64,000 bases of DNA, taken from contig JBGCDI010000003.1 in NCBI GenBank assembly GCA_045105315.1, forward strand, positions 1,709 through 65,708, in the 5' to 3' direction. The notes beneath the pieces are model-generated. The model did not search any database and was not told the DNA's origin. It saw nothing but the letters and a program-made list of their open reading frames with translations. This stretch comes from Phycisphaerales bacterium (GTDB lineage Bacteria; Planctomycetota; Phycisphaerae; Phycisphaerales; UBA1924). The translations under genes were made by a program, and so were the position numbers. The first letter of the stretch is position 1. Every line of letters starts with the position of its first letter. This document shows, piece after piece, positions 8,173 through 17,274 of this stretch.

Positions 8173-11100
8173 GCGCCCGCTCCTGCTGGTGTGATGTGCG
8201 ACTTTGGTTCGACCGAAGCAGCGTGGTCATGAACGCGGCGCAGCTGCGTGTACGCTTCGTGGACCCCGAGCTCGAATGCATTGATCGATCCGATCGGACG
8301 ACGGTGCGCATCAACAACGCGTCCATTACTTGCAATCCGCAGGATCTGATTGTCGAGTTGTTCTTGCCGGTCGCGTGGTACTTTGAGGGCTTGGATTCGG
8401 TCTGATGCTTCAGCACACAACGGCGCATCGATCGTTGCACACCCGCACACTGTGAGCCAGCGATCGTAGAATGATTCGATGTCGGCATACACCGCATCGC
8501 ACCGGGTCATGCGAGGAAGAATCCATGGACGCGGGAGCGAGCCAGAAATATCACTTGCTTGATTGTTGCGCGCACTGAATAACGACTGCATGACATCAAG
8601 CAGTCGCTCAAACCCATCAACTCCCGTCATCACCTCATAGAGCGAACGCGAGTTGGCGAGCACATCAACAGAAAGCACATCGATTCCGGATTCAATAATC
8701 TGTTCAGGAGTCGCTGTGGAGTTGACAATCAGATCAACAAGGTCAGTCCGGAGCTCAATGCTCGCGATGCCTTTAGATTTGAGAGTATCGATCATTGGGA
8801 ACACATCGGGATGAGTCAGTGGATCACCTCGGCCATGAATAAGCACCGAGCAATCTGGGCGAAGCGTGCGCGCTTGTGAACAGATCAGCTCAGCATGCTG
8901 AATGCTCATGCGGTTCATCGGATCGGTGTGCTGATTATGGAACGCCCACACACCACCGGATCGAGGCGCGTTGGTGATTTCGAGTTCAATGCGTGAAGGC
9001 GCATTGTTCTGCGCAAGTGCGAGCTCGTTGGTGTACGCTTGCATCAATACCTTGGTTTCTGCGTTTGATGCGTATGACCCAAGTCCGCGGTACGCTGAGG
9101 CCATTGCATTGGCGCGAACAGGAGTGTCCGCGATCACGCGGACGCCCGCATCTCGAGCGGCAAGATCAACCCCCACACAAAGCGGTGATGCAATCGGATC
9201 CGACTGTGGACCGATCGGAATATAACTCAACATCGCCCCGACCGAACCAAGCACACCCGATGCACTCGCAGCACGAGCAAGCGAATCCACCGCATCAGCA
9301 TCAAGCACACAACACCCGATCCCAGGAACCGCTTGCGAGAACGGCACCCGGCAACGCGACGGATCACCCCGGTACTGACTGACGATCTGATCGACAAGCA
9401 CAGGGTCAACCATCGCCCAGTCGCTTCCAACCACCGCGCACGCATCGATGTGGTGCTCCACCATCAGCGCTGAGAGCACAGCCGGGTCCAAACCTTCGTC
9501 ATAACAACTCATCGAACCGATCGAACCACGCCAGCACTCGCTTGATGCAAACCGGGCTTGCCCGATCACAGCACTCCGCTGACGATACTGCTGAGCGTCA
9601 ACTCCGACAACACGAACCGGAATCGTTTGTGCATCGATCGACATCATCCGGATCGATTCGGGATCAGGACTCACGATCGTGATCCCATCGATGGTGCTTG
9701 TGCGTGTCAACCTCTGAATCGTCAGCTCCAGCGCGTTGAGCCCTTCATGAATCGGTTGACCAAGCGGGCGAGCAATCCCGAGTGGACCAAATTCCGGATC
9801 AGCAAAGATCACCGCTTCGACGCGCTGTGCAGGCTGGTGTGACTGCGCGGATTGGTCTTGGCTCCCCATCTCGATCTGCTCATGAGCAAACTCATCACGC
9901 GTCATCGGTGGCTGAGTCCCATCGAGCACCGCCAGCACGCGCTCGACAAGGTTCTTGACTTCAAGCGCTGAACCTTTGACCCATTGCACATTGTGCGCAT
10001 CACGATCGAGCTGTTTGATTTGCCTTTCTGATTCATCGAGATCTTTGATCAGTGATATCTGGCGGTCGACCCGGAAACGGTTGAGCGCGCCCTTCTGATT
10101 GATAAAATTCACCAGCCCAAACCCGGGCTCGCTCGCGGTGACATCATCTCGGATCGTGTGTATTTGTCTGATGCACCGATCAACGGTTGCTGGGTCGTCG
10201 ATGTGTTCTTGTGCTTTGTTGATCAGCTCGATTGTTCGTTCACTGAGCCGATGGATTGAGGTGAGCTGACGGATAATGAGCTCAACGCGTGACCGCACAT
10301 CACGCGCGTGCTGATCATCGTTCATAAGTTCTGACGGCGTCAACGGAAGATCGATTTGCTCCAATGATCCGAACTCTTGGATCGCATCACAGAGTGTCAT
10401 GACCTCGGTGTTGCGGATATGCACCCCGCCTTGGGTCGCGTTGATAATCCGCATTGGCTGGTGATCAGGATTGTTTGGGTTCAACGCAGCGTCTTGCTGA
10501 AAGTCGCTCTCAAACTGCGCGATGTAGGTCGACATCTGCTCATCGGTGTAGATCGGCCGGCCTTGCACATCGGTGCGTTTGCGCAGCAGATTCTTCATCC
10601 GCATGATGCGTTCCCATTCAAACATCTCAAGCGTCCGATGCTCAGAAAGCTCACCCGCCCAGACCCGGTGAATAGAAGCCCCGCTCGCGTAGTACTGCCC
10701 GTCGGTAAACCCAAGATCCTGACCGATCAGGATCGCGGTTGTGCATCCAAGATAACGAGCGAGGTAATAGTTCAGGTGCGCGACGGTTGCGCCGCTTGGA
10801 AGCGTGCCCATCTCTCTAGATAGCTCATCACCAAGCAGCAAATCCAGCTGAGGTTCGCCAGCACACACAATCTCACCCGGAAACGCGTCAACGATCGCTG
10901 CGTTGGCTTTGGGCTCGACGACCAGCCGAACACCGTCCACATCTTCTGTGGTCAGCCCTTCATAAAACCGTTTGCTGATCTCATGGTGATCAAGCGCCGT
11001 AACAAAGTGGGGCTTGATCCCGCGCTCAAGCAAAGGCTTGAGCATTGTCTGGACCGCGATGATCACGAATCGATCGCGGATCGATGGATCTTCAAGCAGG

Positions 11101-11915
11101 TGCAGGTTCCGCTGAAGCGATGGACCCGCAGCAACCAAGATCGCTGCTTTGCCTGCGCACGAATCTTTAAGCGGGATGATCCCGCTTCGTGATGCGTACA
11201 CCCCGGTGTTCATCAATATATTGCGAAGCGTCACCCCTGAGTGGGCAAGCACCGTAACAAGGTGCGTGCGCGTTGAGCGCACCACATCGAGGAAGTTTGA
11301 AGAAAACGCTGACGCCCGGTCTCCCAATCGCTTCTTGCTCCCAGGATGAGATGCAAGCTCGACACCGGTCGACAAAAACGCTTCGGCGCCGCTAATCAGA
11401 TGCCCGATAGTCGACGCGTCGGTTGTCGTGCTCAGTACAAACAGAGAATCCTGGATCCACTCGCTGTGATCGACGCGCTCCAGAACCGCACGAAGCATCC
11501 CCACATCAGGCTCATAACACAACAACAACGAAAGCTTCCCATGCGCTTGCTGAAGGGCGCGCACATGGTACCCAAGACCAAACCCAAGAATCCCGATAAA
11601 CCCGCAATGCTGAGGATCGTACTGCTCAGCCCATGTACTTGCTTCGCGCGAGGGTTGACGCTTAGAGCACATCGCGCGGCCATCATGGATCGCAACCACC
11701 TCTCCATCAGGACTCCTGAGAAACTGGATGCTTGCATCAGCGTCTGCCGACTCAATTGCAAGCGCTGCCTGAGGCGAGCGCACGCGAATCGCTGCAAGGT
11801 TCCGTTCTAGAATCTCAGGATTCGGAACAACGATACCATCATCCGTCGAAGGGGTCGTACGCGTAGATGAAGTCATGATCCGCTCCAGCTCATTGATTCT
11901 CTTCTCGCAACTCAC
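8169..11915 (-). CDS. Maf/DUF115 (motility-accessory-factor-like) fusion protein carrying a C-terminal radical-SAM-like domain without the Cys triad
   Basis: 1,248 aa. DUF115 pattern AAILVAAGPSLQRNL...IKPHFVTALDHHE...GATVAHLNYYLARYLGCTTAILIGQDLGF. C-terminal IELEITNAPRSGG...IHGRGDPLTHPD...ELRTDL...SVDVL. ATGA overlap with the NeuA-like gene. Confidence 0.7.
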   Translation of the reverse strand: MSCEKRINELERIMTSSTRTTPSTDDGIVVPNPEILERNLAAIRVRSPQAALAIESADADASIQFLRSPDGEVVAIHDGRAMCSKRQPSREASTWAEQYDPQHCGFIGILGFGLGYHVRALQQAHGKLSLLLCYEPDVGMLRAVLERVDHSEWIQDSLFVLSTTTDASTIGHLISGAEAFLSTGVELASHPGSKKRLGDRASAFSSNFLDVVRSTRTHLVTVLAHSGVTLRNILMNTGVYASRSGIIPLKDSCAGKAAILVAAGPSLQRNLHLLEDPSIRDRFVIIAVQTMLKPLLERGIKPHFVTALDHHEISKRFYEGLTTEDVDGVRLVVEPKANAAIVDAFPGEIVCAGEPQLDLLLGDELSREMGTLPSGATVAHLNYYLARYLGCTTAILIGQDLGFTDGQYYASGASIHRVWAGELSEHRTLEMFEWERIMRMKNLLRKRTDVQGRPIYTDEQMSTYIAQFESDFQQDAALNPNNPDHQPMRIINATQGGVHIRNTEVMTLCDAIQEFGSLEQIDLPLTPSELMNDDQHARDVRSRVELIIRQLTSIHRLSERTIELINKAQEHIDDPATVDRCIRQIHTIRDDVTASEPGFGLVNFINQKGALNRFRVDRQISLIKDLDESERQIKQLDRDAHNVQWVKGSALEVKNLVERVLAVLDGTQPPMTRDEFAHEQIEMGSQDQSAQSHQPAQRVEAVIFADPEFGPLGIARPLGQPIHEGLNALELTIQRLTRTSTIDGITIVSPDPESIRMMSIDAQTIPVRVVGVDAQQYRQRSAVIGQARFASSECWRGSIGSMSCYDEGLDPAVLSALMVEHHIDACAVVGSDWAMVDPVLVDQIVSQYRGDPSRCRVPFSQAVPGIGCCVLDADAVDSLARAASASGVLGSVGAMLSYIPIGPQSDPIASPLCVGVDLAARDAGVRVIADTPVRANAMASAYRGLGSYASNAETKVLMQAYTNELALAQNNAPSRIELEITNAPRSGGVWAFHNQHTDPMNRMSIQHAELICSQARTLRPDCSVLIHGRGDPLTHPDVFPMIDTLKSKGIASIELRTDLVDLIVNSTATPEQIIESGIDVLSVDVLANSRSLYEVMTGVDGFERLLDVMQSLFSARNNQASDISGSLPRPWILPRMTRCDAVYADIESFYDRWLTVCGCATIDAPLCAEASDRIQALKVPRDRQEQLDNQILRIASNGRVVDAHRRPIGSINAFELGVHEAYTQLRRVHDHAASVEPKSHITPAGAGA

Positions 11916-12103
11916 GGATCAAAGAACGCTGATCCAACACCTCAACATCGGGTAGATGAGGCAAAATTGGCCAAATTCACTCTGAATCTGGAGCGGTCAA
12001 AAGACCAAATCAAGGACAAGGATCACAATCCATCCCAACCAACCGCGACCCTGCACGGATAGACCGGTACAGAGAACTACCAGTTGATAACGATCATCAC
12101 GAG

Positions 12104-12739
12104 ATGCACACAGGGGACCCGATGCAATCTGCACTCTTTGAACCAACCAACTTACCTGAAATCGAGCCTTCTTCACCACTCACCAGCGCGATGTTCGAAA
12201 GCCCGCTCATCGCTATGGTCGGGCTTGTGTTGATGGGTGTGCTGCTGCTGCTTGCGCTCAGATCTCGCGCCCAGATCAAAGCAGGATTGATTGCATTCCT
12301 GTGCTCACTGCTTCTTGCAGGGGGGCTTTGGGTCTCAAGCACCTTGGTTGAAACCGACCGTGAATCGGTTTCAAACATCGCGCGTCAGCTTGTCGATGCA
12401 ACCGCAACTGGTGACCGATCAAGATTGGAATCCATAATGATCCCAAGCATCACCGTCACCGCATCATTTGCCAGCGCCCAGGGACGGGACAAGGTGGTGG
12501 ACTTAGCAGCCAAACGAGTCCCACCGATCGTTGATTCCTACACGATCCCAGAAATCCGGGCTGATCTCCCAGGCCCTCGCGTCGCGCGGACCATGATCAA
12601 AATCCGCGCCAAAAGCGACTCCGCGCCACTCGGATCAAGCTGGTGGATGGTCAACTGGCAGCGATCATCGCCTGATTCATCAGACTGGCTTGCCACCTCA
12701 ATTCAACCGGTCTGGATTCAAGGAATCTCATCCCCATGA
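12104..12739 (+). CDS. hypothetical membrane protein
   Basis: 211 aa with two hydrophobic helices (PLIAMVGLVLMGVLLLLAL and LIAFLCSLLLAGGLWVSS) followed by a soluble domain. No motif recognised. Confidence 0.5.
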   Translation: MHTGDPMQSALFEPTNLPEIEPSSPLTSAMFESPLIAMVGLVLMGVLLLLALRSRAQIKAGLIAFLCSLLLAGGLWVSSTLVETDRESVSNIARQLVDATATGDRSRLESIMIPSITVTASFASAQGRDKVVDLAAKRVPPIVDSYTIPEIRADLPGPRVARTMIKIRAKSDSAPLGSSWWMVNWQRSSPDSSDWLATSIQPVWIQGISSP

Positions 12740-12847
12740 TCACCGAATCACACGATTCGATTGATTAACGATTGATTGACGATCTACAGACTCAGATTGA
12801 TCAAGTCAGCCCAGTGAACTGGCTCGATCGCGTGCACCGCGTGGGTA

Positions 12848-13801
12848 TTAAGGGATCCCAACAAGCGAAGACGGCTGAAGACGCGTCACGCGCTGACCAG
12901 ATGAAGATGTAATCGTTTCGCGCATCCCTTGACCATTTAAGTAGTTATACGGGAATCGCTTACGAAGTTCCTTGAGTCGTCCAGACTCAATCGCAGGCGT
13001 GGTCGATCCATCAAAATCACCATCACCAAACACACCAATCGTCACTGTGCTGCGAAGCGGCGCATGGTAATAGAACGCTCGTTCTCCTTGCTCGCGAAGC
13101 TCCGAGACCGCTTGTTCTGCTGAGGCACGGAACTCTCTGATTTCTGAGGAACTTGGGTTCGTTTGACCCACCGTGCCGTAGACCCCGATCTGAAGCGTGT
13201 ACAAAGCCGCGGGACCAAACCGCTCTTTGACAGTTCGTAAATCGAGCTCCGCATTCTTTCCAGATAACGCATCCCCGCTTGGTGGCGCGAGGAACGCTGC
13301 AGCAAACGGGCGAGACCCATCGGACTGCATCTCGCGGACACGATCAAGATCCAGAAGCGCCCGGCGATCATCCGGCCCGGTGTACTTGCCGTAACTGATA
13401 ACCGTTTTGTCCGCGCGTTCAGTGATGTAGGCACTCAGAAGACCAAACTTGGTTTGGACCGTATTGAGAACCACCGGCGCCATCTCAGGTTTCGGGAGGG
13501 TCACCAGCACAATGGACCACTGGAACGCATCATCTACATCGTCGCTGGATTCGAAGTCTGGAATATCGAGCGCTTCATTGTCAGTAAATACCGCAGCGCC
13601 CTCACTTTTGAGGGATCCGGATTCATCCTTTGAGCTTGAGCCGAACGATCCGCATCCTTGTACCAACAGCATGAAAACAGCCGAAATGAGACCCAAAAAC
13701 AAGAAATGTGTGTGATGAGCAACAATTGCGCGACAACCGAACAAACAGAAAACCGGCTTGTGATGGGTAATTCGTGGGGTTGTGCGTATGTGTGTAAACA
13801 T
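12848..13801 (-). CDS. putative lipoprotein with SPOR-like repeats
   Basis: Lipobox-like LLVQGC. Two SPOR-like segments (WSIVLVTLPKPE...VISYGKYTG and YTLQIGVYGTVGQ...VTIGVFGD). Start uncertain. Confidence 0.55.
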   Translation of the reverse strand: MFTHIRTTPRITHHKPVFCLFGCRAIVAHHTHFLFLGLISAVFMLLVQGCGSFGSSSKDESGSLKSEGAAVFTDNEALDIPDFESSDDVDDAFQWSIVLVTLPKPEMAPVVLNTVQTKFGLLSAYITERADKTVISYGKYTGPDDRRALLDLDRVREMQSDGSRPFAAAFLAPPSGDALSGKNAELDLRTVKERFGPAALYTLQIGVYGTVGQTNPSSSEIREFRASAEQAVSELREQGERAFYYHAPLRSTVTIGVFGDGDFDGSTTPAIESGRLKELRKRFPYNYLNGQGMRETITSSSGQRVTRLQPSSLVGIP

Positions 13802-14036
13802 TTTTCGTCGGTCCCTTGTTGTGTTATCATTCGTAACTCGTTACGATGTTGGTAGTTAGGCTGTTTGAACGTTTTTTGTGCTTTTGTGTTCTTCCACTGA
13901 AGTGGCTGACGATAGTGTTTGTGAAGGATGGTGGAACACTCCTTCGACAACAACATGTAGTGGTGTCCGAGTGGTGGACTCCTGTAAGACACATGATGGA
14001 CACGAGTAGGCAGGTAACAAAAGGAGGTCATCCTCT

Positions 14037-14339
14037 ATGACAGACATTTCCCCGATCAACACAAGCGCCGCTGCGAGCGTTGGCAGAATCCGATCCGAGC
14101 AAATCTCACGACCGGATGCTGCGATTGACAATACGCGAGCCAGACCAACCCGATCCAATGATCAGGTTGAGTTCTCGAGTGTTGCCCGATTCCTCTCTGA
14201 GCTCAAGACAGGGACCGCTGAGCGTGCAGAGCTCATCAACCGGGTCCGCGAAGAAATCGATGCGGGCACATACGACACCCCAGAGAAGCTCGAAGCAGCA
14301 ATCGATGGCGTGAAAGAAGATCTTGAGTTCACACTCTAA
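14037..14339 (+). CDS. flgM: anti-sigma-28 factor FlgM
   Basis: 100 aa with FlgM C-terminal pattern VEFSSVARFL...LINRVREEIDAGTYDTPEKLEAAIDGV. SD-like aaaggagg upstream. Confidence 0.75.
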   Translation: MTDISPINTSAAASVGRIRSEQISRPDAAIDNTRARPTRSNDQVEFSSVARFLSELKTGTAERAELINRVREEIDAGTYDTPEKLEAAIDGVKEDLEFTL

Positions 14340-14400
14340 GAACAGCTCATCACTGATCAGAATCCACAAAGGATCCTGATCAAGCGAGATACCAAAGTAC

Positions 14401-14437
14401 ACACAGGCATCGGCTATCCGCTGATGCCTGTGTTTTT
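14401..14437 (+). terminator. rho-independent terminator after flgM
   Basis: Stem acacaggcatc (14401-14411) pairs with gatgcctgtgt (14423-14433), followed by tttt. Confidence 0.65.
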
Positions 14438-14478
14438 ATATTCAGATTCAGATCAATAGCCGCTTCATTCAATCTGAG

Positions 14479-15420
14479 TCATACCAGCTTGGTTCTCAGC
14501 ACGCTCATAGCTGGGTCAATTGTTCGGAGCTGATCAACTTCCTGACTCCCCAGATGACCCAGCACGAACATTGTTGATCCGGACCCTGAAAGCTTTGCAT
14601 CAATCCCGGCTTGACGGATTTTTGACATGAGTGTGCTCAGTTCAGGGACAGACCTGAGCGCGGGACTGGTCAGATCATTGACCAAGGACCCAGGATCAAG
14701 AGTGCTATTCTGAGCTGCGCCATGGACAGCACTCATATCAGAAACCCCGATTTTGCTTTCAGCAGCAAGCTGATCAAACGCGCGGTATACATCACCAGTC
14801 GGACACCCAAAGTCTGGGATCAGCAAGGTCAGCTCGTGATCCACACGATGAGTTCGCGTGATCTGATCCCCGATTCCTTCAACAACCGCTGGTCCAGCAG
14901 CACTCGACGCGTTGAATGATTCAAGATCAACAAAGAACGGGATATCGCTCCCGATCTTGTGGACCAGCTCTTGGAGTTCGCGCTCACTGAATGAACACGA
15001 AAAGAGTTGATTGAGCGCCATCGCCATACCCGCAGCGTTCGATGACCCTCCACCTAAACCACCACCAGATGGAATCGACTTCTTGAGCACCACACGGACA
15101 GGCATTGGTCTGCTCATGCGCTGCTCCATGCGTTGATGGACTTTGAACACAAGATCCGACTCAAGCGTCCAATCGACAGCTCGCCCATCATCCCACCGGA
15201 TATCAAACTCGGATGTACTCCCTGAGATGTGTTCAACGCTCAGCTCGTCCCAGAGATTGATCGAATGCATCCATGAACAAATCGGGTGCATCCCAGATTG
15301 GTCCAGCTGACCAACTTTGAGGATCAGATTGATCTTCGCGTAGGTGCGGGCTGTCAAAAGACCTGATTTTGGATCCGGGTCTGTGTTTTGCTCAGGATGT
15401 TGAGTATGAACTGGAGACAT
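14479..15420 (-). CDS. ispE: 4-diphosphocytidyl-2-C-methyl-D-erythritol kinase
   Basis: GHMP motif PSGGGLGGGSSNAAG and ARTYAKINLILKV near the N-terminus. The ORF extends to 15498, but the Met at 15420 avoids overlap with the divergent NIF3 start. Confidence 0.85.
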   Translation of the reverse strand: MSPVHTQHPEQNTDPDPKSGLLTARTYAKINLILKVGQLDQSGMHPICSWMHSINLWDELSVEHISGSTSEFDIRWDDGRAVDWTLESDLVFKVHQRMEQRMSRPMPVRVVLKKSIPSGGGLGGGSSNAAGMAMALNQLFSCSFSERELQELVHKIGSDIPFFVDLESFNASSAAGPAVVEGIGDQITRTHRVDHELTLLIPDFGCPTGDVYRAFDQLAAESKIGVSDMSAVHGAAQNSTLDPGSLVNDLTSPALRSVPELSTLMSKIRQAGIDAKLSGSGSTMFVLGHLGSQEVDQLRTIDPAMSVLRTKLV

Positions 15421-15497
15421 TACCCAAGCGTAGTCATGTACTGCCGGCGCTACGATATCAACAGACGCGATCAATCGGTGTTTGATTACGGAGGTCA

Positions 15498-16652
15498 ATG
15501 ATGAATGTGCAAGACCTGATGGATGCTATGGAACAGATTGCTCCGCTCAAGTTCGCGGAGCCTTGGGATAAGGTCGGGCTTCAGCTGGGGGTTCCGGATC
15601 GTGCGATCGGTGGACCGATCATGCTGACGATTGATCTGACCGAAGCGGTGCTTCAGGAAGCATTGGACAAACGCGTTGGCGCGATCATCGCGTACCACCC
15701 ACCGATCTGGAATCCGCTCACATCGCTAACGGATGAAACCCACACAATGCGGATTATCCGCGGTGCTGCGGAATCTGGGATCGCGGTCTATACCCCGCAC
15801 ACCGCGCTCGATGCCACTCCAGGCGGAGTCACCGATTGGTTGTGCGAAGGAATCGGATCGTCTATCGGGGGGTCCAAGCCTGGCGTGATTGCGGGGGATT
15901 GCCGGGCGCTCTCACCAGCGACTGGAGGGGATCCAAGCAGGGAAGTCAAAGTCATCACCTTTGTTCCCAAAGACCAGATCGATCATGTCCGCAATGCCCT
16001 TGGAACCGCAGGAGCGGGGGGGATCGGGAACTACAAGCTGTGTTCATTTACCACTCCCGGACAAGGCACTTTCCTTCCAGGTGAAGGCACCAACCCCGTC
16101 ATCGGGACGCCGGGATCACTCGCACGCGTTGATGAAGATCGACTCGAAATGGTCTGTGCTCATCGGGCGCTCCCGCTTGTGATTGAAACCCTTAAGCAGC
16201 TGCATCCATACGAAGAGCCAGCATATGACATTGTTGAGCTAGTCCCCGAACCGATGCGCCGTGTTGGGGCTGGGCGCCGATTGGTGCTTGATCAACCCGC
16301 GAGCATGAGTGATCTGATCGATCGACTCAAAGTCCATTTAGGACGATCACGGATGCGGTTTGCCCTTGCTGGGGACGATCGCCCGTTCCGCACGATCGGG
16401 GTGGTTCCCGGATCTGGCGCGTCGCTTGTTGACCTGGCACGCTCGGAAGGGTGTGATGTGTTTATCACAGGGGAAATGACCCACCACGATATCCTCTCAG
16501 CCCGTCATGCTGGGGTCTCGGTCTTGCTTGCGGGACACACCAATACCGAGCGCGGATACCTTCCCAGACTGCAGTTTAAGCTCGAACAGATCAATAAAGA
16601 CTTTGATATTGTGCTTTCAGAACAAGACCGTGACAACATTGTGGTTGGTTGA
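15498..16652 (+). CDS. NIF3-like dinuclear-metal-centre protein (YbgI/GTP cyclohydrolase 1 type 2 family)
   Basis: 384 aa with LMDAMEQIAPLKFAEPWDKVGLQLG...AYHPPIW...GHTNTERGYL. This is the long form with an inserted domain. Confidence 0.85.
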   Translation: MMNVQDLMDAMEQIAPLKFAEPWDKVGLQLGVPDRAIGGPIMLTIDLTEAVLQEALDKRVGAIIAYHPPIWNPLTSLTDETHTMRIIRGAAESGIAVYTPHTALDATPGGVTDWLCEGIGSSIGGSKPGVIAGDCRALSPATGGDPSREVKVITFVPKDQIDHVRNALGTAGAGGIGNYKLCSFTTPGQGTFLPGEGTNPVIGTPGSLARVDEDRLEMVCAHRALPLVIETLKQLHPYEEPAYDIVELVPEPMRRVGAGRRLVLDQPASMSDLIDRLKVHLGRSRMRFALAGDDRPFRTIGVVPGSGASLVDLARSEGCDVFITGEMTHHDILSARHAGVSVLLAGHTNTERGYLPRLQFKLEQINKDFDIVLSEQDRDNIVVG

Positions 16653-16687
16653 TCTCAGCGGATACGCTGAGCATCACTGGCTGAGCT

Positions 16688-17209
16688 TCACTGGCTGAGC
16701 GTTGACGCAGCGGGTTGATCAACATCGATCTTGCCTCGCAGTGTGAACTCCGACTTTGGAACAATGACCTTCGAATCATACAGCACTTCGTTGAACTTGC
16801 CCGGCTTAAGATACTTGGTTGAACCCACCAAGGTGTAGTCAACAATCCCAGCGATCTGGTTTGAACCAATCTCAAAGACCGCGGGAATTTCAAACTCGTG
16901 CTGACCGTAGATATGAAGCGTTGTTTCCGGGCTCCGCACTCCGCTGAAGGTGTACTGGTTGTCAAGCGTCACGCGATAGGTGACTTCGCGCAGCGGGATC
17001 GGTTCTCGGTTCGGATTGGTCGCTTGCATCCGGAAGGAATACACCGTGCGTGTCTCCGTGCGCTCCACCTCACGCACACCAAGCATCGTAAACTTCGGCG
17101 CTTGGATATTGGAACACCCAACAGAAGTCATCGCAGCGATCCCAGCCAACAAGATCAGTAGAAATCGGGAGAAGCTGGTGAGTGTATGATTTGGGCATTG
17201 CTCGTTCAT
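16688..17209 (-). CDS. LEA_2/WHy-type lipoprotein
   Basis: Signal peptide plus lipobox (AAMTSVGCS). LEA14-like pattern TVYSFRMQATNPNREPIPLREVTYRVTLDN. Confidence 0.65.
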   Translation of the reverse strand: MNEQCPNHTLTSFSRFLLILLAGIAAMTSVGCSNIQAPKFTMLGVREVERTETRTVYSFRMQATNPNREPIPLREVTYRVTLDNQYTFSGVRSPETTLHIYGQHEFEIPAVFEIGSNQIAGIVDYTLVGSTKYLKPGKFNEVLYDSKVIVPKSEFTLRGKIDVDQPAASTLSQ

Positions 17210-17274
17210 GATCGAGCGTATGCACGAATCTACCCGCAGATTCGCGTTGGCTGCGACTAGTTCGGAGGATTCGT

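Noticed and set aside
13955-14000. tRNA-like string gtggtgtccgagtggtggactcc upstream of flgM
   Set aside because: It resembles a Ser/Leu-type D-arm, but I found no acceptor stem pairing, anticodon stem or GTTC-type T-arm nearby. I found no convincing tRNA anywhere in the window.
13534-14031. 165-aa minus-strand ORF bridging the SPOR-like gene start and the flgM upstream region
   Set aside because: It overlaps the better-supported 12848..13801 frame. The composition is odd (His/Gln/Cys/Tyr-rich), with no signal or motif.
15421-15498. Longer ispE start at 15498
   Set aside because: It would add 26 non-conserved residues and would make the start codon abut the divergent NIF3 start, leaving no promoter space. 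The Met at 15420 leaves a 77-nt divergent intergenic region.
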